Positions 28,397 through 38,235 are shown, counted from the stretch's first letter. The stretch is 64,000 nucleotides of DNA from an uncultured Alphaproteobacteria bacterium (GCA_944391495.1 CALXTU010000001.1:59981-123980), one strand, 5' to 3'. The notes: generated by a model from the letters alone, not told the origin. Program-made: numbers and translations.

Positions 28397-28425
28397 ATAT
28401 CAAGACTTAGCGCTTTGATAAGTCT

Positions 28426-30339
28426 TTATTTGACTTCTTCAAAATCGGCATCAACAACCTTGTCGTCTTTTGGCTGTTCGGCCGAAGCGCCGGTATCGGC
28501 ACCCTGGGTGGCTCCCTGAGCCTGCGACTGAGCCGCCTGAGCCTTATACATGGCCTCGCCGAGTTTCATTGAAGCCTGCATCAGACTTTCGGTCTTTTCT
28601 TTGATTACCGACAGATCATCTGCTTCCAGTGCCGTCTTTAAAGCATTGATTTCTTTTTCAATCGCCTCTTTTTCGGCCGGGGAAACTTTGTCGCCGTTTT
28701 CTTTCAGCGTTTTTTCGGTCGAGTGAACCAAAGCTTCCGCCTGGTTTTTGGCCTCAACGATTTCTTTCTTTTTCTTATCGGCTTCGGCATTGGCCTCGGC
28801 GTCTTTAACCATCTTCTCAATATCGGCATCGGACAGACCACCGCTGGCCTGAATACGAATCGCCTGCTCTTTGTTGGTGGCTTTATCTTTAGCCGAAACG
28901 TTAACAATACCGTTGGCGTCAATATCAAAGGTTACTTCAATCTGCGGCATACCGCGCGGTGCCGGCGGAATACCAACCAGATCAAACTGGCCCAGAAGTT
29001 TGTTATCAGCCGCCATTTCACGTTCACCCTGGAAGACGCGAATCGTAACCGCCGTCTGGCCGTCTTCGGCGGTTGAGAATACCTGCGATTTGCGTGTCGG
29101 AATGGTGGTATTGCGGTCAATCAAGCGCGTGAAGACGCCGCCCAAAGTTTCAATACCCAAAGACAAAGGCGTAACATCAAGCAGCAGAACGTCTTTGACA
29201 TCGCCCATCAAAACGCCGCCCTGAATGGCCGCGCCGACAGCAACAACTTCATCCGGGTTAACGCCTTTATGCGGCTCTTTGCCGAAGATCTCTTTAACTT
29301 TTTCCTGAACCTTGGGCATACGAGTCATACCGCCGACCAGAATAACCTCGCTGATATCCGACGGGCTGACTCCGGCATCGGCCATGGCCTTTTTGCAAGG
29401 CTCAACCGTTTTTTCAATCAAATCCTCAACCAAAGATTCCAGTTTGGCGCGGGTTAATTTGATGTTTAAGTGTTTCGGCCCCGTGGCATCCGCCGTAATA
29501 AACGGCAGGTTAACTTCGGTCTGCGTGGTTGAAGACAACTCGATTTTGGCCTTTTCGGCGGCTTCTTTCAAACGCTGCAGAGCCAGACGGTCATTCTTCA
29601 AATCGATGCCGCTTTCTTTCTTAAATTCTTCCGACAGGTAGTTGACCAAACGCTGGTCGAAGTCTTCGCCGCCGAGGAAAGTATCGCCGTTGGTCGATTT
29701 AACCTCAAAGACGCCGTCGCCGATTTCCAAAATCGAAATATCAAACGTACCGCCGCCCAAGTCATAAACCGCGATGGTACCGTTGGTCTTTTTATCCAAG
29801 CCGTAAGCCAAAGCAGCAGCCGTCGGTTCGTTGATGATACGCAGGACTTCCAGGCCGGCAATTTTACCGGCGTCTTTAGTCGCCTGACGCTGCGAATCGT
29901 TAAAGTATGCCGGAACGGTAATAACGGCTTTTTCAATTTTTTCGCCAAGATAGCTTTCGGCATATTCTTTAATCTTCTGCAAAACAATCGCCGAAATCTG
30001 CGACGGAGCATATTTCTGACCTTTTACCTCTACCCAGGCATCGCCGTTGTCGCCTTCAATAATTTTGAACGGAACCAAAGCCTTGTCTTTGGCTACTTCA
30101 GGCGAATCGTAACGACGGCCGATCAAACGTTTGATAGCAAACAGGGTGTTTTCCGGATTGGTTACCGCCTGGCGTTTGGCCGGAAAACCGACCAGACGTT
30201 CGGTATCGGTAAACGCAACCATTGACGGCGTGGTACGCGCGCCTTCGGAGTTTTCCAAAACCTTGGCCTCTCCGCCTTCCATAACGGCAAAGCAGGAGTT
30301 GGTCGTACCCAAGTCAATACCTATAACTTTATTGCTCAT
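28426..30339 (-). CDS. dnaK: Chaperone DnaK (Hsp70)
   Basis: [18 protein letters not shown] and [11 protein letters not shown] signatures. 637 aa with acidic C-terminus. Confidence 0.97.
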   Translation of the reverse strand: MSNKVIGIDLGTTNSCFAVMEGGEAKVLENSEGARTTPSMVAFTDTERLVGFPAKRQAVTNPENTLFAIKRLIGRRYDSPEVAKDKALVPFKIIEGDNGDAWVEVKGQKYAPSQISAIVLQKIKEYAESYLGEKIEKAVITVPAYFNDSQRQATKDAGKIAGLEVLRIINEPTAAALAYGLDKKTNGTIAVYDLGGGTFDISILEIGDGVFEVKSTNGDTFLGGEDFDQRLVNYLSEEFKKESGIDLKNDRLALQRLKEAAEKAKIELSSTTQTEVNLPFITADATGPKHLNIKLTRAKLESLVEDLIEKTVEPCKKAMADAGVSPSDISEVILVGGMTRMPKVQEKVKEIFGKEPHKGVNPDEVVAVGAAIQGGVLMGDVKDVLLLDVTPLSLGIETLGGVFTRLIDRNTTIPTRKSQVFSTAEDGQTAVTIRVFQGEREMAADNKLLGQFDLVGIPPAPRGMPQIEVTFDIDANGIVNVSAKDKATNKEQAIRIQASGGLSDADIEKMVKDAEANAEADKKKKEIVEAKNQAEALVHSTEKTLKENGDKVSPAEKEAIEKEINALKTALEADDLSVIKEKTESLMQASMKLGEAMYKAQAAQSQAQGATQGADTGASAEQPKDDKVVDADFEEVK

Positions 30340-30453
30340 AATCTTTTCCTTCTTTCTAAAGTTCGATTTTTATCTGTCTAGTTGCTTATATAGGAATCAG
30401 ATTTTGGCTGTGCAAGAGTTGAAATTATTTTTTTTGCAAAAGAATTTTACCGT

Positions 30454-31023
30454 CTAAAAATTCAGCTCAAGTTCTTCAAGCACACATTCAAAGCTTTCTT
30501 TATCCGGCGAGCAGGCATAGGCGCCGACATCGGCAATATCCGATATCTTGGGCAGATGCAACATTCTTATCTGGCGGAAATCTGCGCCATCGATTGATGA
30601 CATAGCCACAAAATCTTTGCCGCGACGGCGCAGGCGCAGCCAGATTTCACGGCAATCTTCCGGCAGATTGCCGACCGACCAGTCGGAAGACCCCTGATTG
30701 GCACTGACAACGCCAATCTGCGGGGTTATAAAATTGGGGGAAAGGAGGCCTGCTTTTATCCAGTTCTGAGCATCAGAGCGAAACATCAGACCACATTGCG
30801 CCGAATTTTTGACCAGCGGAAAAGACCATTTGACCGTCAGAACAAAATCGCCGGATATTTTTTTGGCAAATAAATGGCCGTCGTCTTTTTGAAAACGACA
30901 ATCAACATTCTGCCAGAAATCTGTCCGCGGGCGGGTTTCAATCAGCATACCTTCTTCAACAAAACGGACATTTTGCGGATCATTGTACCAATCGAAATCT
31001 TTAATGTTTTCAAGAATCATCAA
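30454..31023 (-). CDS. Hypothetical protein (DUF1349-like beta-sandwich?), co-operonic with the CbpA-like J-protein
   Basis: 189 aa, no signal peptide or TM. Stop overlaps the upstream J-protein gene (ATGA). Family assignment is a recollection-based guess. Confidence 0.3.
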   Translation of the reverse strand: MMILENIKDFDWYNDPQNVRFVEEGMLIETRPRTDFWQNVDCRFQKDDGHLFAKKISGDFVLTVKWSFPLVKNSAQCGLMFRSDAQNWIKAGLLSPNFITPQIGVVSANQGSSDWSVGNLPEDCREIWLRLRRRGKDFVAMSSIDGADFRQIRMLHLPKISDIADVGAYACSPDKESFECVLEELELNF

Positions 31024-31949
31024 AAAGTCCTGACTGTTTCATCCGGCATATGCGAAAGCGCCTGTTCAAGCTCGGAGCTGGCGGTTTTCGGCATAACCAC
31101 TTTCAAGGTCATAATCTGATCACCGCCTTTAACTCCTTTGCCTTTAAGGCGCAGTTTTTCTCCGGTTGTCGCATAGGGCGGAATATTGACGGCTACCTTA
31201 CCGGTGATGGTCGGCACGGTAACCTTGGCACCCAAAACAGCCTCTTTAAGAGTTATCGGCAGCTCCAGCAAAATGTTTTTGTCTTCCAGCTCAAAATAGG
31301 GGTGCCGGTCAACATTTAAGGTAATCAGCACATCCCCTGGCGACCCGCCGTTCGGGCTGGGTTCGCCCAGGCCTTTAAGCCGCAGCGTCTGGCCGTTTGA
31401 AGTGCCGGACGGAATTTTGACATTGATATTTTTACCGTTGATATTAACGGTTTTTTCTTCACCGCGAACCGCCGACAAAAAGTCTATCCGCATGGTATAG
31501 TTAATATCCGCCCCTTTGCGCGGCCGACGCGAGGTATTGCCGAAACCGCCTCTGAACGGACCGTTGCCACCGGAAAACTGAGAAAAAATATCATCGCCGA
31601 AAATTGACGAGAAATCAAAAGATGCTCCGCCGGCACCGAAAGGATTGCCGCCGGACGAATAGGTTTGATATCCGCCGGTGTCAAATCCGCCGCTGCCGAA
31701 ACCTCCGGCACCGAATCCGGTCGGTTTACCGTCGGCATCTATTTCGTTGTTGTCATATTTTTTGCGTTTTTCCTTATCGCCCAAAATATCATAAGCGCAG
31801 GAAATTTCTTTGAATTTTTCGGCGGCGTTTTTGTCGTCTTTGTTCAAATCCGGGTGATATTTACGAGCCAGCTTGCGGTAGGCGGATTTTATTTCGCTGT
31901 CCGAGGCCGTCTTATTCACACCCAATATCTGATATAAATCTTTGTTCAT
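31020..31949 (-). CDS. J-domain protein, CbpA-like (DnaJ paralogue lacking the zinc finger)
   Basis: J domain [32 protein letters not shown]. Gly/Phe-rich region, two C-terminal beta domains, no CxxCxGxG repeats. Confidence 0.8.
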   Translation of the reverse strand: MNKDLYQILGVNKTASDSEIKSAYRKLARKYHPDLNKDDKNAAEKFKEISCAYDILGDKEKRKKYDNNEIDADGKPTGFGAGGFGSGGFDTGGYQTYSSGGNPFGAGGASFDFSSIFGDDIFSQFSGGNGPFRGGFGNTSRRPRKGADINYTMRIDFLSAVRGEEKTVNINGKNINVKIPSGTSNGQTLRLKGLGEPSPNGGSPGDVLITLNVDRHPYFELEDKNILLELPITLKEAVLGAKVTVPTITGKVAVNIPPYATTGEKLRLKGKGVKGGDQIMTLKVVMPKTASSELEQALSHMPDETVRTF

Positions 31950-32020
31950 TGCCTGATAAATCCGTAAAAAATAAATTTGTCTTTTTATTTAATATAGGCA
32001 AAGCAAAAGGGCATTGCAAG

Positions 32021-32329
32021 TCAATAAACCGACGGCTCTTCGCAGACAAACGTTGCCCGGCGGCGATGATCCGGATGCAGGGTAATGTCATATAAAGACG
32101 CCTGCCGTCCGCCGCGGTTGGCGCAATAAATGGCAGCCACCGGCGCGATCTCGTCTACCCGGATATCGGCATACTCATAGACAACATGATGCGAGCTTTT
32201 ATCCACGACAATGACATGATCGGCAATATAATTATAATCCGGTTCGACATAGACGCCGTCAGAATCGGAAAATAAAAAAGAACAGGCGGACAGGGCGCAG
32301 GAAAGAATTAAACAGAAAAATTTTTTCAT
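32021..32329 (-). CDS. Small putative lipoprotein (102 aa)
   Basis: MKKFFCLILSCALSACS lipoprotein-type signal peptide. Confidence 0.45.
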   Translation of the reverse strand: MKKFFCLILSCALSACSFLFSDSDGVYVEPDYNYIADHVIVVDKSSHHVVYEYADIRVDEIAPVAAIYCANRGGRQASLYDITLHPDHRRRATFVCEEPSVY

Positions 32330-32487
32330 GACTGAACCTCCCTGGTTTTGGACGACTTGGCAACCGGCTTTTCTTTAGGCACGGAAAGCGGCGAAAGACC
32401 TTCAACCGCACTGCCTTTGGCCGTAATAACTTTGGCGCGCATTTTGTTGATATTGTCCCGCAGTTTTTTTATCGTTGTTTCGTCCAT
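32326..32487 (-). CDS. Small hydrophilic ORF (53 aa), translationally coupled (ATGA) to the downstream lipoprotein gene
   Basis: MDETTIKKLRDNINKMRAKVITAKGSAVEGLSPLSVPKEKPVAKSSKTREVQS. Below the ORF-track size cutoff. Weak RBS. Confidence 0.25.
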   Translation of the reverse strand: MDETTIKKLRDNINKMRAKVITAKGSAVEGLSPLSVPKEKPVAKSSKTREVQS

Positions 32488-32534
32488 CGGTATTGTCCTT
32501 TATCTGCCCTATTTTAGCGGACAGGCGTTAAATT

Positions 32535-32837
32535 TTAATTAAGCTCGTTGTAAACATCTTTGCCGGCCTGAAGCAGGATTCTGTACACCCGGTTGTTGGT
32601 CGAATTTTTGTTGCGACGATTGGACAGTTTGCCGAGCATTTTCATCAGATCTTCGTTAAACCTTTTGTTCTGCCGCAGAGATTCAATATCACGATAATTT
32701 TCTTCGTCATTTATTTTGAAGTCAACCACCGCTTTGAGCGTTGCCATATACTTGGCCTCGTTTTGCGCCGAATACTGGGCGGCGGCCGGCGAAACCGACA
32801 ATAACATTCCCAAAAGCACTGCATAAAGTATTTTCAT
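32535..32837 (-). CDS. Small secreted/periplasmic protein (100 aa)
   Basis: Signal peptide MKILYAVLLGMLLSVSPAAA followed by a charged helical region. Confidence 0.45.
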   Translation of the reverse strand: MKILYAVLLGMLLSVSPAAAQYSAQNEAKYMATLKAVVDFKINDEENYRDIESLRQNKRFNEDLMKMLGKLSNRRNKNSTNNRVYRILLQAGKDVYNELN

Positions 32838-32944
32838 TTGTCAACCAGCCCTTATTAATGATTTGTTTTCCTTTATATAATACCATAATCGTATACTACA
32901 AATATCCGAATCGAATGACCACGATTTTTTGAAAGTTATCAAAT

Positions 32945-33925
32945 ATGAAAAAGACTCTCTGGATTTTGCTTGACGACCGCCGCGGCAGTGTCGGTCAGGC
33001 CAAAGGCGTCGCTCTGGCGCTGGGTGACGCGATGAACATTATTGAAAAACAGATTGTTTATACCCGCCTCGGCAGTCTGCCGAACTGGCTGCGCGGCAAA
33101 ACACTTCTGGGTATAGACGGGGCAAAGTCGGACAGCCTGGAGGCGCCTTACCCGGATATGGTTATGTCCACCTCCCGGCGGACGGTTCCGGCGGCGCGCT
33201 ATATCCGTAAAAAATCGGGCAACCGGACTAAGATTATCCAACTGATGTATCCGGGCGGCGGAACGGGTATTAAAGAGATGGTGTTGGTGGCGGTGCCGGC
33301 TCATGAAAAGCCCGCCAAGCAAAAAGGCGACAATATTTTGGTCGTTACCGGCGCGCCAACCCGTATTTTTGACAATATTCTGGCGGAAGAACGCCAGAAA
33401 TGGATGCCCGTATTTGCCGACCTGCCGCGGCCGTGGACGGCGGTTATCATCGGCGGCGGCATCAAGGGTAAACCCTGGCCGCTTGAAAACGCCGACGATC
33501 TGGCCGTCGAGCTAAAGAAACTCCATGACAAAACCGGCGGCAGTTTTTTGATAACATCATCACGACGCACCGGTGCCGCGGCCGAAAAAATCATTATGGA
33601 AAAACTCAAGGGAATCCCCATGTATACTTATATGTGGGGCGAAAAGAAAGAAAACCCGATTATGGGCTTTTATGCCTGTCCGGAGCGGATTGTCGTTACG
33701 GCAGATTCCGTTTCAATGTGCTCGGAAGCCTGCGGTTGTCATGTTCCGGTGTTGTTGTTTCAAGGGAAAAACTGGCTGTCCGACAAACATCTCCGTTTTG
33801 CCCGTTCACTGATTGAGCAGGGCTATGCCCGGGATATTCATGCTGCGGACGCTCTTGAATTTATGCCGCAGCAGGCGTTGAATTCCGCTGCGCAGATTGC
33901 CGCCGAAATTTTAAAAATCAGCTAG
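32945..33925 (+). CDS. ELM1/DUF1022-family protein (predicted nucleotide-sugar or glycosyltransferase-like fold)
   Basis: N-terminal MKKTLWILLDDRRGSVGQAKGVALALG pattern resembles that family. Assignment from memory of family features, not a search. Confidence 0.35.
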   Translation: MKKTLWILLDDRRGSVGQAKGVALALGDAMNIIEKQIVYTRLGSLPNWLRGKTLLGIDGAKSDSLEAPYPDMVMSTSRRTVPAARYIRKKSGNRTKIIQLMYPGGGTGIKEMVLVAVPAHEKPAKQKGDNILVVTGAPTRIFDNILAEERQKWMPVFADLPRPWTAVIIGGGIKGKPWPLENADDLAVELKKLHDKTGGSFLITSSRRTGAAAEKIIMEKLKGIPMYTYMWGEKKENPIMGFYACPERIVVTADSVSMCSEACGCHVPVLLFQGKNWLSDKHLRFARSLIEQGYARDIHAADALEFMPQQALNSAAQIAAEILKIS

Positions 33926-34675
33926 GCCGAAAGCGCTTCCTTCAAAGAAGTTTTCTTCTTCCTTTTTTTCCTCAAGCGGATTTTCTTTGCGCTCGGCAAC
34001 AAGCTTTTGGAACATACGGCCGAAATAGGTGCTTTTGCGCCAAATAAACTGCGTTTTTATCTCCGGATCGGCGAAAGTATTGATATCACGATCCCACAGG
34101 CGCTCGACAAACGGGTGATACAAACGATTATACATCCTGACGACGTACCGCAGCGGATGATAATATAACGGGTTGTGCCAGTCGACAAACACGGCTTTGC
34201 CACCGGGTTTTACCATTTTAAGCGCATTGTTGATTATCTTGCTTTTGGTTGCCGAAGGAACTTCCGAAAGCAGCATGAAACATAAGACGACATCATAGCT
34301 GTCTTTCAGCTTCAGTTTGGCCGCATCCTGGCAGAAAATTTTCATTCCCGGATAGACTTTCCAGTATTTTTCGGTCACACGCTCAACCTGCAGCGGATTG
34401 ATGTCAACAATATCATATTGTCCGTAGGCGCCGATGGCCATCGCCATTTCGTCCATCTCCGAGCCGAAAACAATTCCCAGCTGCAAGACGCTTTGGTTCA
34501 TCTTTATTTCCCGCACTGCCGCATTTACCAGCCGCCGATATTGAAAAAACAACTTACGGGAACAGGTAAACGCATTATCCTGCCCGGCGCATTTTTCCGC
34601 GTCATTGTAAATATCGCCGTAAATAAGATTAAGATATGCCGGCAGATTGGGTTTTACACCTTTAGCGGTATTCAT
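33911..34675 (-). CDS. Class I SAM-dependent methyltransferase
   Basis: Motif I-like VLQLGIVFGSEM, post-I acidic DIVDINP, MVKPGGKAVFVDW. Methyltransferase type 11/12 pattern. Confidence 0.6.
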   Translation of the reverse strand: MNTAKGVKPNLPAYLNLIYGDIYNDAEKCAGQDNAFTCSRKLFFQYRRLVNAAVREIKMNQSVLQLGIVFGSEMDEMAMAIGAYGQYDIVDINPLQVERVTEKYWKVYPGMKIFCQDAAKLKLKDSYDVVLCFMLLSEVPSATKSKIINNALKMVKPGGKAVFVDWHNPLYYHPLRYVVRMYNRLYHPFVERLWDRDINTFADPEIKTQFIWRKSTYFGRMFQKLVAERKENPLEEKKEEENFFEGSAFGLADF

Positions 34676-35009
34676 TTTTCCTCTCTTGTAAAATTTCTAT
34701 TACTTTCAAAATACTTTTTTGATAGCAATCCCGGCTTTCGGATATCAACGCCGACAATTTTGAAAGACGATTATTAAGCATATCGTCTTCTATTTTGGTG
34801 CAGATGCGGGAAAATTCTTCCATACCGAAGACCAGACTGCTGGAACGCCAGCAGTGAAAAACCCGGCATTTTTCCTTATCGGAAATCTTGTCCAGATTAT
34901 CCCAGGATTTTGATGATTCCGCAAGGTAGTCTTTCAACAACCCCTGCATTTTGCTTTTGCCGAAAATATCCAAATACTCGTCCAATTGTTTTTGATTGAT
35001 TTTAGTCAT
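34662..35009 (-). CDS. Putative Hpt (histidine phosphotransfer) domain protein
   Basis: 115-aa helical protein with FHCWRSSSLVFG resembling the Hpt HxxKGSS motif. Overlaps the response-regulator gene. Confidence 0.35.
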   Translation of the reverse strand: MTKINQKQLDEYLDIFGKSKMQGLLKDYLAESSKSWDNLDKISDKEKCRVFHCWRSSSLVFGMEEFSRICTKIEDDMLNNRLSKLSALISESRDCYQKSILKVIEILQERKNEYR

Positions 35010-35676
35010 TTTTTTTCAATAATCCCAAATGATTTGCCGCGGCTACCGCCCCGGTCCGGTTATATACGTTAAGAACTTTCAGAATTGCGGTGACATGAAG
35101 TTTGACCGTTCCTTCGCTCAGGCCAAGTTCATAAGCAATCTGCTTGTTTGACTTGCCCTCGGCTATCAGACGCAACACCTCTATTTGCCGCGGTGTCAGA
35201 ATTTTTACTTTCTCCGCCAGATTTTGCTCTTCAGAAACATTTTCAAGCTGTTTCAGCATATTGAACTCATCCTGCGACGTTCCCTGCAACAACTCCGCCG
35301 GAATATATACTCCGCCCGAAAGAACCAGATTGACGGCAGAAAGAATAACCGCATTGCTCGATGTCTTCGGAATATAGCCCGCGGCTCCGAGTTCTATGGT
35401 TTTTTGCACAATCTCACGGTCAAATACGGCCGACAAAATAATCACCGGCGTATCGGGAAGCTGCTCATGAATTCTTTGCAGCGCCTCCAACCAGCGGGCG
35501 CCGGGCATCGCCAGATCCGTCAACACCAGATTAAAATCTTTTTGCTTTTCTATTATGGCAAAAATCTCGTCATAATTTCTGGCTTTGACAAATTCCGCCT
35601 GCGGGTTGAAGTCAGACAAAACCATTTCCAACCCTTTTAAGAACAGCTCGTGATCATCAGCTATAAGTATTTTCAT
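35002..35676 (-). CDS. Response regulator, NarL/FixJ family (receiver + LuxR-type HTH)
   Basis: Receiver with ADDH...LVLTDLAMPG (phospho-acceptor Asp). C-terminal EGKSNKQIAYELGLSEGTVKLHV LuxR HTH. Confidence 0.85.
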   Translation of the reverse strand: MKILIADDHELFLKGLEMVLSDFNPQAEFVKARNYDEIFAIIEKQKDFNLVLTDLAMPGARWLEALQRIHEQLPDTPVIILSAVFDREIVQKTIELGAAGYIPKTSSNAVILSAVNLVLSGGVYIPAELLQGTSQDEFNMLKQLENVSEEQNLAEKVKILTPRQIEVLRLIAEGKSNKQIAYELGLSEGTVKLHVTAILKVLNVYNRTGAVAAANHLGLLKKND

Positions 35677-36425
35677 TACTTTTCTCCGTCACGCCGCCAA
35701 TCGCCGGCAACCGCCTGCCATACGGCCAGCCCTGCGGCCGCAGCCGTTTCCGCCCGCAGAATACGCGGTCCGAGGCTGATGTTTTTTACCCATGGATGCC
35801 GGTTCAGCGCCGCAGCCTCATCATCACTGAAACCGCCTTCGGGGCCCACCAATAATGCCGCCGGACGACCGGCAGCCTCGCCAAACGCCGTTAAAGCCTC
35901 TGTTCCGGTACGCCGCTCATCCATAAAAAACAACAAACGACCGGGCTCCCATGACTGCAGCAAACTACCCAAATCAACCGGCTGCGCGATTTCCGGAACA
36001 CTTAAACGACCGCATTGCTCCGCCGCTTCTACCGCCTGAGCGGCAAAACGTTCGGTTTTTACCTTATCAGCATTAGTCCGCGCGGTCAACACCGGAATTA
36101 TTTTAACAACACCGAGTTCTACCGCTTTTTCAATAACAAAATCCGTTTTGTCCTTTTTCAGCGGCGCAAACAGCAACCATAAATTATTGTCTCTTTCGGG
36201 AAGACGCTTCCGGCTACCTACCTCAACAAGCGTTTTCTTTTTGTCGGCCGCGGCAATGCGGCAGTCAAACTCACCGTCGACGGGGTTAAAACAGCTTATA
36301 ACACTGCCGGTCCGGCAACGCATAACATTGCACAGATAATGAGACGTTTTGTCCGGAAGCTCTATCAAGCTTCCGGGCTCAAGCTTTTGTTTCACATATA
36401 ATCTGATTGCGCGGTTGTCCTTCAT
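35676..36425 (-). CDS. rsmE: 16S rRNA (uracil1498-N3)-methyltransferase RsmE
   Basis: C-terminal LLVGPEGGFSDDE...LGPRILRAETA motif of the RsmE SPOUT family. Confidence 0.8.
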   Translation of the reverse strand: MKDNRAIRLYVKQKLEPGSLIELPDKTSHYLCNVMRCRTGSVISCFNPVDGEFDCRIAAADKKKTLVEVGSRKRLPERDNNLWLLFAPLKKDKTDFVIEKAVELGVVKIIPVLTARTNADKVKTERFAAQAVEAAEQCGRLSVPEIAQPVDLGSLLQSWEPGRLLFFMDERRTGTEALTAFGEAAGRPAALLVGPEGGFSDDEAAALNRHPWVKNISLGPRILRAETAAAAGLAVWQAVAGDWRRDGEK

Positions 36426-36901
36426 TAATTGACCTTAACATAAACCGCTTTATTTTCGACAATTTTTCCCGAAGAAGACTGCTTATCAAAATAAATGGCG
36501 CTTTCGCCGACGCTGTCAGCCGAAAACTTAACCTGACGCACATCTCCTTTTGCCGTATTGCCTGTCAGCAGTACATTATCGGAATCATAATTGACTTTCC
36601 AAGACATGTCTGCGGTTTCCGGCAACAGTATAATAAGCTCCTGACCGGGAGTCAGCGTCGCATTTTTTGATATGCCGCTGCGTAAATCAATCTCCTGCGC
36701 CGCCGGAATTGTCAACGGTTCTTTATCGGCATCATCGGTTATGATTGCCATATCACGCCCGGAGGTTACTCCGGTATTGGACGAAGCGTTGACAACATTA
36801 CGATACGATAAAGCATCCGACGCCGATTGTTTGACCAAAGCTTCGGCCTCAGCAGAAAAACCCGTCAACAGCAACGCAACAGTTATCAAATATTTAACCA
36901 T
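36425..36901 (-). CDS. Periplasmic hypothetical protein with signal peptide
   Basis: GAGGAAAAG RBS before ATG 36901 (MVKYLITVALLLTGFSAEA). Beta-rich, Thr/Ser-rich. No motif recognised. Confidence 0.45.
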   Translation of the reverse strand: MVKYLITVALLLTGFSAEAEALVKQSASDALSYRNVVNASSNTGVTSGRDMAIITDDADKEPLTIPAAQEIDLRSGISKNATLTPGQELIILLPETADMSWKVNYDSDNVLLTGNTAKGDVRQVKFSADSVGESAIYFDKQSSSGKIVENKAVYVKVN

Positions 36902-37027
36902 GTTCTTTTCCTCGCTAAAAATATGCACATCTGGCAACATTTATCCTTTCTTTCTTTATTATATCGTTTATCTTAGCTTTAATAAAGTGAATATTTCGTT
37001 ACAAAAGCAAAATTTTAGGATTTTTTT

Positions 37028-37690
37028 ATGATTATCACCATCGACGGTCCGGCCGCGGCCGGAAAAGGGACTTTGGCGCAGCGTCTGGCAGAAAAATATC
37101 GCCTGGCTTATTTTGATACCGGAATGATTTATCGAGCCGTCGGGCTGGAGCTTTTGAACTCCGGACAATCACCGGACGATGCCGCGGCGGCAACAGAGGC
37201 AGCCGCCGAATTGACGTTTGCCAAAATGCTCCGATTATCCCGGCAACCGGAATTTCGTTCGGCAGCCGGCGGTCAGGCGGCCTCAAAAGTGGCCGCATTG
37301 CCGGAAGTGCGGAAAATTTTGCTTAAAATGCAACAGGATTTTGCGCTTAACCCAAAATCGCCGGAGGGCGAAAACATGGACGGCGTGGTTTATGACGGCC
37401 GCGATACCGGAACCGTTGTCTGCCCCGGTGCCGACATTAAATTCTTTATCACGGCTTCGCCCGAAGTTCGCGCCATGCGGCGGCATAAAGAATATCTGCA
37501 AAAGGGTATGGCTTCGGATTATAATGATGTTTTGGCTCAGACCAAAGAACGCGACCAAAGAGATTCCTCCCGCGCGTCGGCGCCTTTAAAACCGGCGGAA
37601 GACGCCGTGATTATTGATACTTCAGATATGGATATTGCCGAAGTTTTTGCCGAGGCCTGCCGGATTATTGATGCCAAATGCTTCAATTAA
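37028..37690 (+). CDS. cmk: Cytidylate kinase
   Basis: IITIDGPAAAGKGT P-loop and the typical CMP-kinase signature. Precedes rpsA as in many bacteria. Confidence 0.9.
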   Translation: MIITIDGPAAAGKGTLAQRLAEKYRLAYFDTGMIYRAVGLELLNSGQSPDDAAAATEAAAELTFAKMLRLSRQPEFRSAAGGQAASKVAALPEVRKILLKMQQDFALNPKSPEGENMDGVVYDGRDTGTVVCPGADIKFFITASPEVRAMRRHKEYLQKGMASDYNDVLAQTKERDQRDSSRASAPLKPAEDAVIIDTSDMDIAEVFAEACRIIDAKCFN

Positions 37691-37955
37691 TCAAGAACCC
37701 CTGTCGGCAAAACAGAGGGTTGTTTTTTTTGTAACAACAAAACCGCCTTTTGTTAAAATAAGGCGGGGAGTTCGAAACTGTAGAAGAAACAGTCTGTCTT
37801 ATTCCTCATGCAGGCATGCTTATATCGACAGCTCCCCAAAAGGAGAGTTTTCTCTCCTAAGGAGTTTCGACACTCCACCGGGACAACCCGCCCGGCAAAG
37901 GTAAGATTAATCAAAATGACGCAAACAAGCAAGGGGAAAATGTTTTATCATTATT

Positions 37956-38016
37956 GTCATTCTGAGGGACGAACGTCCCGAAGAATCTCTTAGATGTTTC
38001 GCTCCGCTCAACATGA
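37956..38016. repeat. Family-A palindromic repeat unit, inverted orientation (plus partial unit to ~38057)
   Basis: gtcattctgaggg-acgaa-cgtcccgaagaatctcttagatgtttcgctccgctcaacatgac is the reverse complement of the 7858 and 21887 units. Confidence 0.85.
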
Positions 38017-38235
38017 CAAGATGGATGCTTCGTCGCTATGCTCCTCAATATGACGAGGAAACGTCTCTGTTCTGCGGAAAATATCATCTGCGATATCATT
38101 TTTTGCTTGAAAAATAAATATTTGTATGTATAAATGTCTTCACTTAGCCTGTCGGGGTGCGCCGGCCGGTTTCGTATGTGGTTCGCACAAGTCCGCCGAT
38201 ATTTTTCGGGCCTGGCATTTTTGAAATAATATTTT

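Noticed and set aside
7858-38057. CRISPR array, suggested by the repeated family-A units
   Set aside because: Units are not regularly spaced with unique spacers, occur in both orientations at scattered loci, and are imperfect palindromes with variable loops. No cas genes. This is REP/MITE-like, not CRISPR.
37740-38060. Possible two-piece (permuted) tmRNA in the cmk-rpsA spacer, suggested by a ggagttcgaaact motif
   Set aside because: No tag-peptide reading frame ending in Ala-Ala followed by a stop. No tRNA-like acceptor/T-arm with 3' CCA. The motif is only a weak partial match. The region is better explained by the family-A repeat and hairpins.
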